NCBI GenBank assembly: GCA_051294905.1
Contig: CM119371.1
Location: 37,884,001 to 37,948,000, forward strand
Reading direction: 5' to 3'
Source: Botryllus schlosseri
Taxonomy: Eukaryota
DNA: 64,000 nucleotides
A model generated the notes under the pieces. It did no database searches and was not told the DNA's origin. It saw only the letters and a program-made list of their open reading frames with translations. Below are positions 38,547 to 64,000 of the stretch, one piece after another. A program made the translations under genes and the position numbers. Each line of letters starts with the position of its first letter. Position 1 is the first letter of the stretch.

Positions 38547-41006
38547 GAGGTCGACTTCAGAATTCCTATCAAAGTTTTAAGGGTTTATCTGAGCTCCTCC
38601 TCGCAACGTGATCCGCGTAAGCGGTGTGTTATAAAGAGCCTAGAAGTGGGCAGTGCAACAAGTCGGCAACTACGGAGTGAAAATAAAGAAAATTGGCCTG
38701 GTATAAATCACCATAGTAGTCGATAAACACTATGGATGCCACAACAAACAAACAACCAAACAAAGCGCTTATTCGTATTGTAATTGAATAGAAAGTTACG
38801 GAGTTACTCCTGCATGTACTTGAATAGCAACGCTGACTAATTTGACCACGTCCGAGATGTCTATACAGTAGTTTATCGTCAGAGAGAGCGGGTGAATAAT
38901 TGCCCGAAAGCGATTTAAGCCTTTTACAGTAACAATATTGCGTAGTGCATTTGGAGATTTTAACAGCGGGTACAGGCTATTTATTGCGTAAAAGATTTCT
39001 AATTTGATTTGTCAACAGGGTGTGATCAATGTTCTATTTTAGAGGAATTTAAGGTGTGCAAAGTATATATATCGGCAAATCTTACCTATGGCTCCTACAA
39101 TTCCGATTATCTGCGACTTCAGTTTCGTCAAACTGTAATAATCTGAAGGCAACATCATATCTAAACTGTTCCAATTAAACCTATGCACGCACGCAAACAG
39201 CAACGTATCTACCAACTCGTCAGCTCATGAATGAAATAGCTCTTAGAGACGCAATCTTATATCGACACGACCTTCGGCCAACTGTCAAAAATCACGACTT
39301 CACTTTCTCCACCGAAGGTGATGGTTAGTAACGTTAAATTGAGACCTCGGCCTCCGTAATCGAACCGCGTTTTCGCAATGAAGTGAATTACTACAGAACG
39401 CAACGCGATAATTAAGTCGACGAGATGTTTCTGAAATGGCCCTCATTACCGAACTTCATAACCTGATGTCGCGGATTGAATGCGATATTTCACACGCCGA
39501 GAGCCTTACTTAAATTAACTGCGATCCCAATCATCGATACGTTGTTATAATGAAAGCCAATGGTCGTAAGCTAGGACTGAATAAGTTGAGATAATAACTT
39601 CCATTGTTTGCCGCAATATTAGGTGAACGCAGAAGAGACCACCAATACCGTTTTAAGTTAGTCTATACAAGTTTCTTTTCAAATCATATTGAATCTCCGG
39701 TCCACACTAACACTTTAATGCAAGTTGAATCATAAGAATGTTCGGTTCAGTTAACAGTTTAATACTAATAACATCCTTTAAAACAGTGGTTCTCAAACTT
39801 GGGGGCGCGCCTACCCTAGGGGACGTGAATGCATCTGAAGGAGGGTGCCGAAGCTGCAAGCTTCTGAAAAAATGTTCGCCCTAGCGCGATTTATCTCTTT
39901 TCGTACTAACTGTTCCGTATATAGTTCAATTCTCACCTTGACTTATAACCTTGACTTAAATTTCACACTGAATGAAAAGTAACAATTTTCTAGCTTCCTC
40001 GTATGTTGTGTGTTTACAGCCCCGCTCTCGTGGCTACGCCATATATACTGACTGTAACAATGCACATTGATGTGACTTAATTATTTGCCGCGTTGTCTTT
40101 CCGTTCAATTTCATGTGAGTTTTTTGTTAACTGAACAATAAATTAGTCACGATGCGTGGCCATAATAACGAGTAGCCCTACCACGAAAGATAATCCTTTC
40201 TCAGGGGCGTCAATGAAATCCACGTAATTCATCGAAATGGCGTGAAAACATACAATTTGCGTCTTTGATCGATGACCAGCTGATGTAATTGACCTATTAG
40301 TTCTCATTAAATTTTCAATATATTCTGGATCCCTCTCGCAAGATGTCAAAACAAAAGAATTTAGAGTAGAAATGTGACCGAAAATCGTGTATTTTTAGTT
40401 GAAGGTGGTATTACAGGGTTAGAAACAGACATGGGGAGATTACTTCATGAATGTAATCGATTGCGATTGCGATTACCTCAGAATCACGCGATTACGATTA
40501 CGATTACAGCAAAATCAGAAAGTAGTCGATAACGATTACGATTACATTGGAAAAATATTCACGATTACATTCATTTTGCTTTTTAGGACTATAATCTTAG
40601 AAAATATATTGTATGTACAAGTATTGCGATGAAAAGGCTTAAAGAGATAACAACTTTCTTTATACATAATGTACCCATTGCCCAACATGAAGCGGGCCAG
40701 CCGTATCCTGGCATAGAGAACCGAAAATAACATGGTATCTCGACAACCTTATCAGATAATGTGGCGTCAAATTCTTGACGATTACCCCTAAAAATTGTCA
40801 GCCAAATTTAATCGGGTTTATTGCAATATACATATATATTGTTCGATTGTATATTGAAGCTCTGTAACTCCAAGAGTATCTTGAAATAGTCGGTTAGTAG
40901 TGAGAATAACCCACTAATCAAGTGTGGGAGGGGCGCCAGTTATTTACAAAAAATGTTATTTCATTGAGTTTTAAGGAATCTGGTATTTTGACATCAATCC
41001 TCATCT

Positions 41007-44000
41007 TCACAATCTTCTGCGAAACTTCATTTCCGAGTAGCGCAGTGGTCTGTCAGAGTTACCATGCCACCACCAAATTCCTTTAACGCCCGTCTTGTTG
41101 AAGTTTCCATTCAGATTGCTGTCTGCGCATTGGTTTTACCACCAGCCTCCTTCGTGCAAAGAAGCGCAATTCGATAGCAAATGACCATCGTTATCGGCGT
41201 CTTTCATTGAGAATTGTTGATTGTTGTGAGCTGAGAATGAGTCAAGAGTTGCATTCTCGGAGTACATGTATCCGGATACGTGAAGTTTGTAGTTGTCGGA
41301 GCTGGGTCCGATTCGGAAATTGCTGAACAATACGAATTGGCGCGAATGTTCAATAAAGCCTATGCAGGAGAATGCATGGAAATGTGGTTTATGGGATGTT
41401 ATTAATTTTCTGAACGCAACGATGAGATCCCACGTTAAGTTCGTTGCGAAAAACTTTGGTGATAAATTGGCTATTGCTTTTTCGGTGAGATAATGACATC
41501 GTGACGAAACCAAGTCGACACATTTTAGAGCAGACCAGGGTTGTAACCAAGTCACAAGGCTCCGAGTCACAAGTCAATCTCACTTTTATTGTTTTGACTC
41601 GAGTCAAGTCGAGTCATTTCAATTCACCACCGAGTCAAGTCCGAGTCCAAGTCAGCGATTAGAGGGTCGAGTCCGAGTCATGGAATTATGACTCGAGTCC
41701 AAGTCCAAGTCATTGTATAGACTGCTCAGTTTCCAGTTAAAGTCTTGGTAAACCCACTTTTTATAACTCTGTTTGGTGATATCGGATGTTTCGCATTTAT
41801 AATATACCAATTTTCCTCACTTTTAGCAGTTTCTGGTCGCATATTCAAGTACCAGTACCAACAGACGAAATCCCAATGGTGTGTTGGCTTCGGAATTACA
41901 ATGAAATGTCGGTCTTGGCCGTCTGAGTCTCGAGTCAATGACTTGGTTCGAGTCATGCGCAATGACTCGAGTCCAAGTCGAGTCAATACACGAATTGACT
42001 CGAGTCGAGTCGAGTCATTTCCGTATTTTGAAAAAATGACTCGAGTCAAGTCGAGTCATCGGAAAATCGTGACTCGAGTCAGACTCGAGTCGAGTCATGA
42101 CTCGAGTCATTACAACCCTGGAGCAGACCCGGGCAAAGTGCGGCCCGCGGGCCAAATGCGACCCGCGAAACTATTCTGTGCGGCCCGCGAAAGGTTGCTT
42201 GAAATTCAAAACATGAAAACTTGTTTTTTAAATGAATAAAACCATAGGCTGTATCTACTGAACAGGAAATTCGTATAATTTGAAGCCTGTTCATAAATAA
42301 GCCACGATTACGCTGCCTGCGTACCTCACATGCGTAATCCAGATTCAAGATAAAGGCAATGTGGCAAAGTACGAGTAGCAATTAAAGTCACAAGAAATCA
42401 CATTTTCCATATAGTTTAGTTTGAAATTCTTTGTTGCCATTGTCACATTACGCATTATACGGTATGTGTTTCAATTTGTTACGTGTGATACGTTTCCAAA
42501 GCCCTAATTCGTAAATCAAGTGAATCAGTGCTCGCGATTACTATATGACTCATCATATTTATCACCCATAAAGGATCACCGGACATGCCAAAAAAGAATG
42601 CTGCCAACTAAAATTCAAAAAAGGTTTAGACCGGGGGTTGGCAACCCCCCTCATTTTATTTTTTGCCGAGCATGTCGCCGAGATTGAGCATTTTAATTAA
42701 AGTCGGTCTTATGACAAAAACACGAAAAACTCGGTCAAGGGAGGGCGAAGTTCAAAAAAACTGCAAGCTTCGCTCAACATCAAGGCTATAAGCTGCACAC
42801 TGCTCGGAAGGCAGCGACCAAGAAAATGAGCTTTGTACTATTGCACATACATTTCGAACTGCGGGACAGGAAAGCTTAAGAAGAGGGCGCGAAGCCGAAG
42901 TTTATTGAAAAAATTTTTCGCGCTCCGCGCGATTTACACATGCCTTGTAGTTGTGGCTCTGTGTATTGTCCGACATTGATATTTCAGAATTCCTTCATTA
43001 ACTGCTGTAACCTTCCATGCAATCAAACTATCCGTTGGGATTGCTAGCATTCTGGTTGCACTTTTTAATATTTTGTGATATCATGATGAGGACGGCGCGA
43101 ATTTTTTCACTAACATAAAGGCCTAGAAAGTTTGAGAACCACTGTTTTAGAGACTTAATAGAAGAACGTTGATAGGAATTTAAAGAAAGTTAAAATGTAT
43201 CACGTTTAACATTGTTTCGAATCATTTCGGTAAATAGATATTTTCCTAATTAACTGTCACTTTCCCATTACCTAACATCAACATATTTACTTCGCAGCAT
43301 TTATTAACAATGTAATTTAGAAATGAAATGAAATACTCTGGAGAATATAGCTAAGACTTTTCACTTGGCCCGCCAACGTATATTCAAATTCTCATTTGGC
43401 CCGCGGAGAAAAATAATTGCCCATCCCTATTTTAGAGATTACCTAGTTACATCGCATAATGGCATGGAGATTGTTACGTCGATGCTATAAATGCATTTGA
43501 AAACATAAAAGGGCCATTCTAAACTTGAATGATGTGATAAACCGACACAGTTTGAAATCTCATGAAATTTTGTACGTAGGCCTACACAGAGTACTTAGTT
43601 GTACTAAGTTCGAGCAGAATGGACTTTATTTTATGACAATTGCACTTTAGGATCAAAAGTTACTTCGTTTTGAAAATTGACTATCTTCGCTCATTTCAAA
43701 TCTGAGCAGTTCAAGTTTTACCAATTTGACGTAATACTTTCATATTGGTTTTCCCTCCGCCTGTCGTTAATAAACTGTTGGCACTTTATTAATTTTCGTT
43801 CGTCATTTATTCCGCCAATTATCACTACTATCACCAAACTTTTGTATTAATTGATGCATCGAACTACCACTTGCCTGTATTTAGCCACCCAGTGGGTATT
43901 TGTGTCGTTCGTGATCATGTTGATTTCCAATTCCATATTTCCTTCCTTTGTCATTTCGTGCAATTTATCGAGTCCTTGACACAAGCGTTGGGAAATTATC

Positions 44001-44648
44001 TTAGGCATTAGTTTTTGATCAAACTACTTCGCCATTTGAAATTACCAATAAACCAAAAACCGTTATAAATGATGTTAAATTCAAAGGCTCCCTACCGAGC
44101 CAGTAATCTCCTTCACTATTTCCGAATCCTTTCACGTAATCAACCCAACCTCGGTAGAAATCCACGTCTTCGTTCATTCTGCGCTGGAAAACCTGCAACG
44201 GAATTCAGAAAAAAAAATCAAAGCTTCAGACATCTCATGAATTCTCTTCTCTGAGTCCGTGCGACGTTATATCTCTATATTGATAAATTGTTCATTATAA
44301 ACCGAGCTGGCTCATGACATTGCGAAAGATTTCAACTTCTACTCACAGTCCATTTCTTCTTCTCATCTTCTGCTCTGAGTTGAAGTTCCTTCATTATCTC
44401 CGACATCATTTGCCGGCCCTTCATAAAGCGTTCACGGAATATAGTGACGTAAAACCAATTGTACACCAACCTCACAATCCCCCTCCGAGATCCATTCCCC
44501 ATCAACGTAGCTTCTCATGCAAACCTCTGCTGAAAAAGAGAAATTTCCGTCTAATTCGAATTCGAATGGAACTAGCATCCTTCATACCTGACGAACTCGA
44601 GTAGATCACGAATCCGAATATCAAAAGAAGCCAAATCTTGAGCGACAT
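41007..44648 (-). pseudogene. Fibrinogen-related domain gene, paralog 2, with a premature stop in the last exon
   Basis: Signal-peptide-like MSLKIWLLLIFGFVIYSSSS, exon [33 protein letters not shown] (~44094-44192), and last exon ...HEGGWW*NQCADSNLNGNF...EMKFRRRL with TAA at 41136-41138. Confidence 0.75.
41536..42120. mobile_element. hAT-type MITE, GACTCGAGTC-rich family
   Basis: TIRs cagggttgtaa / ttacaaccctg and perfect 8-bp TSD gagcagac. Confidence 0.9.
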
Positions 44649-46387
44649 TTTCAGAAAAATATGATATTTAATATCAGCTGCCGTGACGTTGTGTAGCTTC
44701 AAGGTATAATCCACGTTTCCTTTAAATGCTGTTCACTCGTTGTCAAATATGGCCTAAAAATCAGAGACATCGGACTTTGAAATCGCAGTTACACAGCATT
44801 TATGCCGCACACTAGGGGGTGTCAATATTACCCAACTACCAAATTGTTTATTACAATCAGCGTAATGATTTTCTAAGGGTCTTGCGTACTTGAGGCTGTA
44901 TGCTTCTCAATAAATCTACATGCGCATCATTAGCTTGTACTTGTATCGAAACTAACGCTCAACACACAGTTGCTACATACCTAACATCCGATTTTGAATG
45001 ATTCATCAATCTGAAAGTAATAACCAGTTGCTATAGCGTTGTAACGTCGCATTCGTCAAGTAACGTCGATGCGATATCGATGCTTTATTTGAATACAGAC
45101 AGGCATGAACTACGAGGCGCCATGTCACGACCACAGTTAATACAAAGGAAATCATTTTTTGAGCAAATGACACAAATATTAAATCACGCGACGGTTTTTT
45201 TAAAATTTACTATGTATGACGTCTTAAATATTCGAATCAAAAGCAAGTTTTAGCGACTGTCAGGCAGTATGAAAACTACGATCGAAATAAGTCGTTTCAA
45301 AGTTATATTGTTATGTATGTAAAATCGGGGCTGTGAAGTCACGGAAATTTTGTAACATCCTCCGAAGTCGGAGTTCGTTGAGATGCTCTGACTCCGACTT
45401 AAACTACTTGAAAATCTAACCAAATGTTCTCAAACGTAACTGAAAAGTTCCGTTCCACTTACAGAAATAAATACGTGTTTCGACTGGGTGTATATCTTCG
45501 CAAGCTTAATTTGTTTCGGAGATTAGAATTTTTTAAATTGATGAAGGATGATTCAGTTAGTAATATTAATTACTCACAATCCAAGAAGCGTATAGTAGAT
45601 ATATGGGAATAATGGAGGAGGAGTAGGAGTTCTGTGAAGATAAAACTGAGTGAGGTGTTGTCTTGGAAAATGTAGGGCCCGTAAATATTAATTGAACATA
45701 TTCGAGCGGGTCCGTTGGAGTAAAGACTTCGTTACATGATGCTATTTCGTGATCTACCTATCTGCTCTGTCAAAATGTATTGAAATCGCCCAAATGTACT
45801 AAACTAAAGGACGCACCCGATTTCAAATTGGTATTCTGGCAAATAGTTTTTCTCTGTGGGATTGCATTTGTCTTGACAGGTTCAGATTGCCAGGACATGA
45901 ACATTCGGTGCCAGCCATAGAAGTAGATGATGAATATGTCAGTACTATCAAGTAAACAGTTTCACTCGGTAGATTCGGTCAGTGGAAATAATACCATTAG
46001 CAGTAAATCCGAGGTTGATACTTTGGAAATCTGTTAAAATTTTCCTAGTCAAAATAACAATTTGCATGAAGATGGTGTTTAGCTTATCATCGCAGTATAT
46101 TAGAGATAGGCTACCATACGTGACTCTGATGTTTTCTGACAACACCTCCTAAACACCCATATATATGAAAATAGCAATCAGTTTTCCATAGTAGCTCGTG
46201 GTCGACTCATTTAACGGTCCTTGAATCAAACATTACGTAGCTGCAACAGCCGAAGCTCTGTCGCCTGAAAAAACTTGTGGGAATATTTCAATAGTTTTGT
46301 GTTGTCATTCGGTTACATTTCATAGCCAAATAAGCCTCTTTGTAAAGCAAATAACCGCTGGCTTTTGCCATTCATAAGTCTGTGTAT

Positions 46388-48140
46388 TAGGGTGGAGAGA
46401 AAACAACTTTTTTTTTAATCGAAAGAGGTGGTTATTAAATCCCGACAAATGACCTGTAACTTTAATAAAAATTTACTTTAGGGGATTACCCCATTTTCCA
46501 GCCGGCAACCCTCCAATTTCTGCGCGCGAGGAGGCAACATTTACCCATCTCGTCAACACTGGTCGTGGAGTCATGATATATAGCTCAAAAGCTGCCAAAA
46601 CATCGTGTTTCTATCTGTCTTAAGAAGAAACTATTCTTTACTGTTAACAGAGAACGAGAACAGCCACAAAATCGCAAAATTTGACGTGGGTAAACGGCGG
46701 GAGTTACTAAGTTACATGTTAGTGTGATTTACACAAGAACAGCTAAATAAATCAATCTATTTATATGAAAGGTCTTTGCTAAGTGATGTTAATCCATCTA
46801 TTTTTAGAACAGGCCCGCGGGCGACTCATCTTGTCTTTGCGAGCTATCTAGGACCCACGTGCCCCGCGTTAGTGACCCCTGGTCTAGAATATGGCTGTGG
46901 AAGGACACCCTGAGTGGTCGTCTGATCCCCTTGAGTGTGGTGGCAGGACACAGTCCTAACGCAAGTTCAGACCCTGCAGACCATAATGGTTTCCACCCAG
47001 GGCTTGACAGGTTTCATGAGATCGTGGGTGGCCCAATAGGCATTCACCCGCGTACACATTCCGATGCCGGCCGAGCCGACAACGTGACTCCTTAATGCAT
47101 CTTCCAGACGGGGCCACGTTTGTTTCTCCGCTCGGATTTTCTATTAGATCTTATCCCGTTGCCACCAGGGACTACTCCATCCTCAGACGAGTCTGGTTGG
47201 CCATTGCTGACCTAGTACATTTGCTACCGAGGCCACAGTCACAGCATCACTTTATGCCTCTTCTCCTTTCTCATGGAGACGTCGCCCGCTTGGGCCTTCC
47301 GGGACAGTATTCATGATCAACCAATCGGGTGTCGTCAGCGGCACTCCTCGCCCTACTAACGACTACCAGCCATCCATTCATGCAGAGTATGGATGTTATT
47401 TTGCCATTCCACCGATTTTGCACACGACACCGCCCACACACCTCGTTACGTCTTACGCCAAGCACATCTTGACCGTACTGAGCATCGCTCAAGGAATAAT
47501 CGAGCCTTAGGGAGCTTGGAGGCCACGCAGCCTCGCACATATTTGCTACTAAGGCAGCAGTCGAAGCACGGCTGTGTCTCTCCAACCTACTCAAGGGGGC
47601 CCGATGACCACTCAGGGTCTCCTTCCACAGCGATATTCTAGATAAGAGTCAACAACGCAGTGCCCGCGGGCCCCATAGGTAGCCCTCGACCAAATAAGTC
47701 ACCCGCGGGCCTGTTGTAAAAATGGATGGAGTAACAGCACGTACCAGTGAGCTTTTATATAAAGAGATTTATTTATCTTGCTGTTGTTGTGTAAATCACA
47801 CGAACATGTAGCTTATCAGTTACTCCCGCCGTTTACCTGGGTCAAATTTTACGTTTTTTTGGCTGTAACTCCTTTTGTGTTGACAGTAGAGAAAATTTTC
47901 TTCAGAGAGAAACATGATGATGTTTTGGCAGCTTCTGAGCTATATATCATGACTCTACGACCAGTGATTGCCGAGATGGGCAATTTTACCCCCTCGCGTG
48001 CAGAAATTGGGGGGGTTGCCGGCTGGGAAATGGGAGCAATACCCTAAAGACTATTTATATTGAAGTTTTAGGTCATTTGTCGGGATTTAAGAACCCTCAT
48101 TTTTCGATTTGAAATAAAAAATTGTTTTCACTCAACCCTA
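46388..48140. mobile_element. Composite fold-back element: diverged ~450-bp inverted arms around a GC-richer core with its own inverted ends
   Basis: Outer ends tagggtggagagaaaacaa / ttgttttcactcaacccta. Inner inverted repeat tctagaatatggctgtggaaggacaccctgagtggtc (46883-46919) pairs with 47605-47642. Confidence 0.7.
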
Positions 48141-48777
48141 CTGTCTATACTTCCCATCATTGCGTCACAACGACGAATGTATTCCTGCATTTCGAATTTC
48201 GTTAAACTAATTTACTGATGTTCGCTTCAGATGAGAGTGAGTCGCAAAGCTTCCAACTGAATAAAATTTGGGGCACCACCATTTTTTTGTTGTGGTATTG
48301 AAGTGCCTACCTCAAACTGTTTATATCCATACTGAGATTTTTACAGCGTACTGAATCTTATAGCACCGTTCTTTCAATACCTTGACCAGACCGTGTATAT
48401 ACGACTGAAGCAGAGGTCTGGCCTGGAACCATGAGCCACTTGGGAGTCCGCGGACTAGCTCTAAGCGGCCCACGAAAGGGCAATTATGAAAGTGCACCTA
48501 TAAAACTACATTGAACTTGATAACATCTGTCCTTATTTTATCCTGTCAACAGGTAGCTTTTTAGGCAACAAATAGATTCGACTACTAATCGACTACTCGG
48601 GGCCTATCATCTGGAATGCATTACCACTTGATCACCTCCTGTCGTTATACTACTAACACTGTTGCCCTACCTCGCCCAGACATTGCTTCATTGATCATTT
48701 GCTACCATCGTTTAATTTTTATTCTATTTTCCTTTTTTAACTAAACATTTTTACAGCCAGACTGTTCAGAGTCAAGT

Positions 48778-49731
48778 GTAGGGGAGATGTGGTACCAACG
48801 GATCAAAAATTGGAAAATGATCGCTGGCCCCGAAATGTTCAGCCGAAAACAGAAGATCTTTTGCTGGCTCAGCACTTTGATACAAGCTCTACCTATCGCG
48901 CACATATACATGAATATCCGTCTTTCCAAAAAATATTTATGGACGTTCAAAATTTGTTGCTCGAACGTGTCATCGGTCCCCACCCGGTGGGTCCAATGGC
49001 ACACGACCCGGGGACCTATGAGACATACTCTCAAAAACTCAGATTTCTTGCTCAATATTTTAATCTAAGCTACAGTAAGCCTTAGAAGAATGTTTGGTTG
49101 CAACCGTCAAAAAATAGAATAAATAATAACTCAAATGTAGCCATAAACTCACGTTTCGATTTAGGCTCGAACTTATAAATTTGAGGGTACATACATATTG
49201 CCCGAAAATCGACAGTGTGACATCCAAATACCTCGTTATAGCGATAAAACATCATATTCAATTATTACATTAAGAGTTTCTGTACGTAGGCATGTTTCAG
49301 TTGTTGGATGATTATTATGCTTGATTATTTTGCTTGATTTGGCTATTGTATCATCGGTCCCCACCCTAAGAATTTTATACATGAATCGAAAAAAATTCCA
49401 CTCAAGGAATGTATTGAAAAAATAACAGGTACCATTATATAGCCTGATACAAGCCCTACACTTCACATTAAAAATGATTGCTGGTTTGTTCGTGTTGAAG
49501 GTTACAAAGAAAAATGTATGTGTCGATCGAAATTTAGTTTACACCCCCAAAACAAAAAACATCTCTCAGAGACCCCATAGCTCGCGCACGTCGAAATTTT
49601 TTGTATGCGAGTAAAGATTTTGCCAGCATGCAATTGTAGAAAAGTGCGCGGAGTGTAATCATGGAATCATCATAGAGAATTTTCAAAGTATTTTCGGTCC
49701 CAGTGATCCATCGGTACCACATCTCCCCTAC
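48778..49731. mobile_element. Non-autonomous DNA transposon with 19-bp TIRs
   Basis: gtaggggagatgtggtacc / ggtaccacatctcccctac. Confidence 0.8.
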
Positions 49732-50102
49732 TTGTTTGATGCTGGTGTGATCAGACTAGATGACCTTCACGGTCTTATCGATCATTCCTGTCTAATACCG
49801 AATGCTGTGCATGCATATTTTCTGTACCACCATCACTGCCGTTTGTTATGTATTTTGGTTGGATGAAAATAAAAAGACTCTCACTCTAGATCAAACGGTA
49901 GTATGCGGTGTAATGGGAGGAGTTAGTCTGCGATAGTATACGGCAAGTCAGTGGTCCACGGATATCAGCTCACAAAAATACTTTACTGGCAGTAGCTGAC
50001 ACGAACGTCCTGTGTAGTTCTTGACTGGTAGTTCAATAGACGACAACAAATGCCTCTTCCAGATATATTATACGGACGGTTAGTAATTTGGATAGTTTAA
50101 GC

Positions 50103-51271
50103 CAGGGGTGGGCAAACTACGGCCCGCGGGCCGCATGCGGCCCGCAACATCGTTCTGTGCGGCCCGCGCGAGTCTAAAGAAACTTATTAAAAATATTGAT
50201 AAAAACCGTACTAAATATCTAATTAATGCAGGGACGTGAATAAATTTTCTATTAGCATATTTCACAATGATAATTCTGGGGCAGTGGTTCTCAAACTGGG
50301 GTGCGCGCTTCCATCTGAAGGGGGTCGCGAAGCTGAGCTCAACTGAATTTTTTTTCGCGCTTCGCGCGGTTTACATCCAATTCATACTTATTTCTCTGTA
50401 TTCAATCTGAATTTCATATTTAAAAATCTCTCATCCTCAGTCGTAACCTTCCATGTCATCAAACTATCCGCTATGTTTGCTAGCATCCTGGTAGCGTTTT
50501 TTGATATGACGATAAGAAGGGCGCGAAATCTTGTACGATCATAAGAGGGGCGTGTCTTAGAAAGAACCCCTGTTATAATTTAAATACTTACTATATTATT
50601 TCTTATGTTTAATTTCTGGCGCGACAGCCCGATCTCAAGGCCCACGCAGTTTGAAAGGTTTCAAATGCTAAACATCACAGAAATCCTAAACGACATTGAC
50701 GTAATTCGGATCACGAGTGTGATTTCAGATTGGCCACTCTAGTTTCAATTATTTCAGTGATGTGCCAATAAAAAACGATTCGCGCGTGTCTTAATTAGGT
50801 AGATTCGTTCTCTGTATGCTTAGAATTATGATATTAATATTTTATCTACACATATAGTAGAAGCGTGTTTGAAGCTAACATGGTTATGATGCTGTCAGCA
50901 TTAGTGTGTCCTGGAACTGAACCAAAAGCGGAATTAGTAAATCTATGAACAGATCGCTCTTCACAGATTTGAATTTCAATCTTGTTCTAAGATTCGGGAC
51001 AACCGACTTTCATCTCTATAGTTTTGACAAATTGGTTATTGAGGTCGACCAGCCTATGAAATCTCGCCACTGTTTCTGACGTGTTTACGATATCATCAAA
51101 GCAATATTTGGTTTGTTTTAAATAGGCATATATATTATCTTCATGTCCTCACTATATAATCAAACACCAATATTGCATTTTAGTTTATAATCTCAATTTT
51201 ATATAGTGCGGCCCGCGAATGGATTCAGATGTTAAATGCGGCCCGCGAGCTCAAAAGTTTGCCCACCCCTG
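50103..51271. mobile_element. Non-autonomous hAT element with a nested MITE (~50282-50572)
   Basis: TIRs caggggtgggcaaact / agtttgcccacccctg, perfect TSD gtttaagc, and cggcccgc subterminal repeats. Confidence 0.9.
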
Positions 51272-51748
51272 GTTTAAGCAGTAGTAAGTTATAGCGTACA
51301 CGAGTCTCTTCTTCGGAGTTAATAATACGATATGTAGGCCTACTATGTTATATACCGGCGAGCCGATAAGTCACGTTATGTGGCATTGTACCAATAACAG
51401 ATACGAGAGAGGGAGCAAGGGCTCCACAGCGGCCATGACAAAAGCGATGGTCTTTTGATGTCGCCATCAGCTTCCCAATTAGTTCAGGGGTGCATGTACG
51501 CACCCGCCAAAAAAACGTTTCGGGTATGCGCTAGAAAAATGGTTAAGATCCATTGGACTAGAGCCAATATCTACCGAGATCAGTGCATATGGATCATATA
51601 TTTGACTAACTGCGGCGGCGAAATAGCCTGGGAATGGGCCGTGCTACAAGTAGGTATAAATACGGAATATTAATGAAGAATATTGGCCTAGTGTAAAATG
51701 ACTAGTGTAATCGAAACATTATTGTGATTATTATCAAACACCAACAAC

Positions 51749-52265
51749 CAGGGTTGTAATGACTCGAGTCATGACTCGACTCAAGTCACGATTTTCTGAT
51801 GACTCGAGTCATTTTATCAAAATATGGGAATGTCTCGACTCCAGTCAATATGTGTATTGACTCGACTTGGACTCGAGTCATTTATCAAAATACGGAAATG
51901 ACTCGACTCGAGTCAATATGTGTATTGACTCGACTTGGACTCGAGTCATTGCGTATGACTCGAGCCAAGTCATATGACTCGAGACTCAGACGAGAATGCG
52001 ACGAGAAACTATTACAAGTAAGGAAAATTAATATATTATAAATGCGAACCTTTCGATATCACCAAACAGAGATATAACAGTGGGTTTAACGAGCAGACAA
52101 CACAATGACTTGGACTGGAGTCTTGGACTCAAACCTCTGCTAGATAACTTTGACTAGGACTTGATTCGGTGACGAGTTGAAAATGCCGCGACTTGACCCA
52201 ACGTCAAAACTATAAAGGTGAGATTGACTTGTGACTCGGAGCCTTGTGACTTGGTTACAACCCTG
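51749..52265. mobile_element. hAT-type MITE, GACTCGAGTC-rich family
   Basis: cagggttgtaa...ttacaacccctg with TSD ccaacaac. Confidence 0.9.
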
Positions 52266-52971
52266 CCAACAACTACAGCGCATCACGCTAGTCACAAACG
52301 AATGACATTGTTATTTTCATAAAACAGATGCACAGTAGAATTCTAAATCGGTCGGTAGCAAACTGAAGACATTTGTTGCAACATTCGCGTTCTTCTGATT
52401 TTATAAGACATTTAAAGAGTCTTCCTTCAAGCAGCCTATACTGAGCTCTGCACTACGGACCAATTCTACATCACTTAACCCTGACTCTGTCTACTAGACC
52501 AAACGTTTGCTGAGATCAATGCATACATGCGGATTATATTTGGCTACGACGAATCACGTACAATTAAGTGCATTACGCTAATTACAAGTGAAGATCGTGA
52601 CGTCACTACGCTCATAAACTCTCGAGAATTTTCACGTGGTCACATTGAACTGTGAGTAATACAGTGCTGATTGGAATACAGTGGGGGTGTGCCGCACAGG
52701 AACAAACGATAAGGCACTCAAAACATAAATCATTCTTCATTGCATTGGTAAGACCCCGGTCGCAGTTGCTAGGTTGCCGAAGCATGATTGTGACGTCACA
52801 GAACCTCGCGATTGTGACGATTGAAGAACTGTCTGTAAAGCGACGAAAAAAAAATTTCTTAAAATCAATTAAAATCTTGAGCTCGGGCGAGTTTTTTTTT
52901 TCGGTGCCATTCTCAGCGCCAGGAATTTTCCATCAATTATCTCGTGACGAAGGCTGTGCCGCGATACGAAT

Positions 52972-64000
<11,029 letters not shown>

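Noticed and set aside
37883..38726. Paired ORFs on both strands
   Set aside because: By-products of the fold-back MITE symmetry.
41536..42120. GACTCGAGTC arrays or the 10812-11143 repeats as CRISPR-like arrays
   Set aside because: Eukaryotic context, no unique spacers. They are subterminal MITE repeats or a minisatellite.

Overview
AT-rich, intron-containing, transposon-dense animal genomic DNA, probably a marine invertebrate (tunicate-like is a guess, not shown by the sequence). Host genes: an intronless SLC25A51-type mitochondrial carrier, two paralogous fibrinogen-related genes (one with a nonsense codon), a C-type lectin-domain gene and the 3' part of a villin/advillin gene, among many hAT-type and fold-back MITEs, two tRNA-derived SINEs and a truncated Penelope-like element. 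The standout is a 15,397-bp element (19408-34804) that is one near-perfect palindrome: two 7,681-bp arms, a 35-bp spacer, and only 5 mismatches found by eye. It has AGTAGT...ACTACT ends and a 6-bp target-site duplication (CATATG), as Polinton/Maverick elements do, and it splits an older MITE whose uninterrupted relative lies in this window. I see no polymerase, integrase or capsid gene in it. Each arm instead carries an intact two-exon Bcl-2-family gene, a decaying multi-exon LRR (NLR-like) gene and a tRNA-like Pol III unit. Best reading: a young, non-autonomous, snap-back Polinton-like element carrying host-type apoptosis and immunity cargo.
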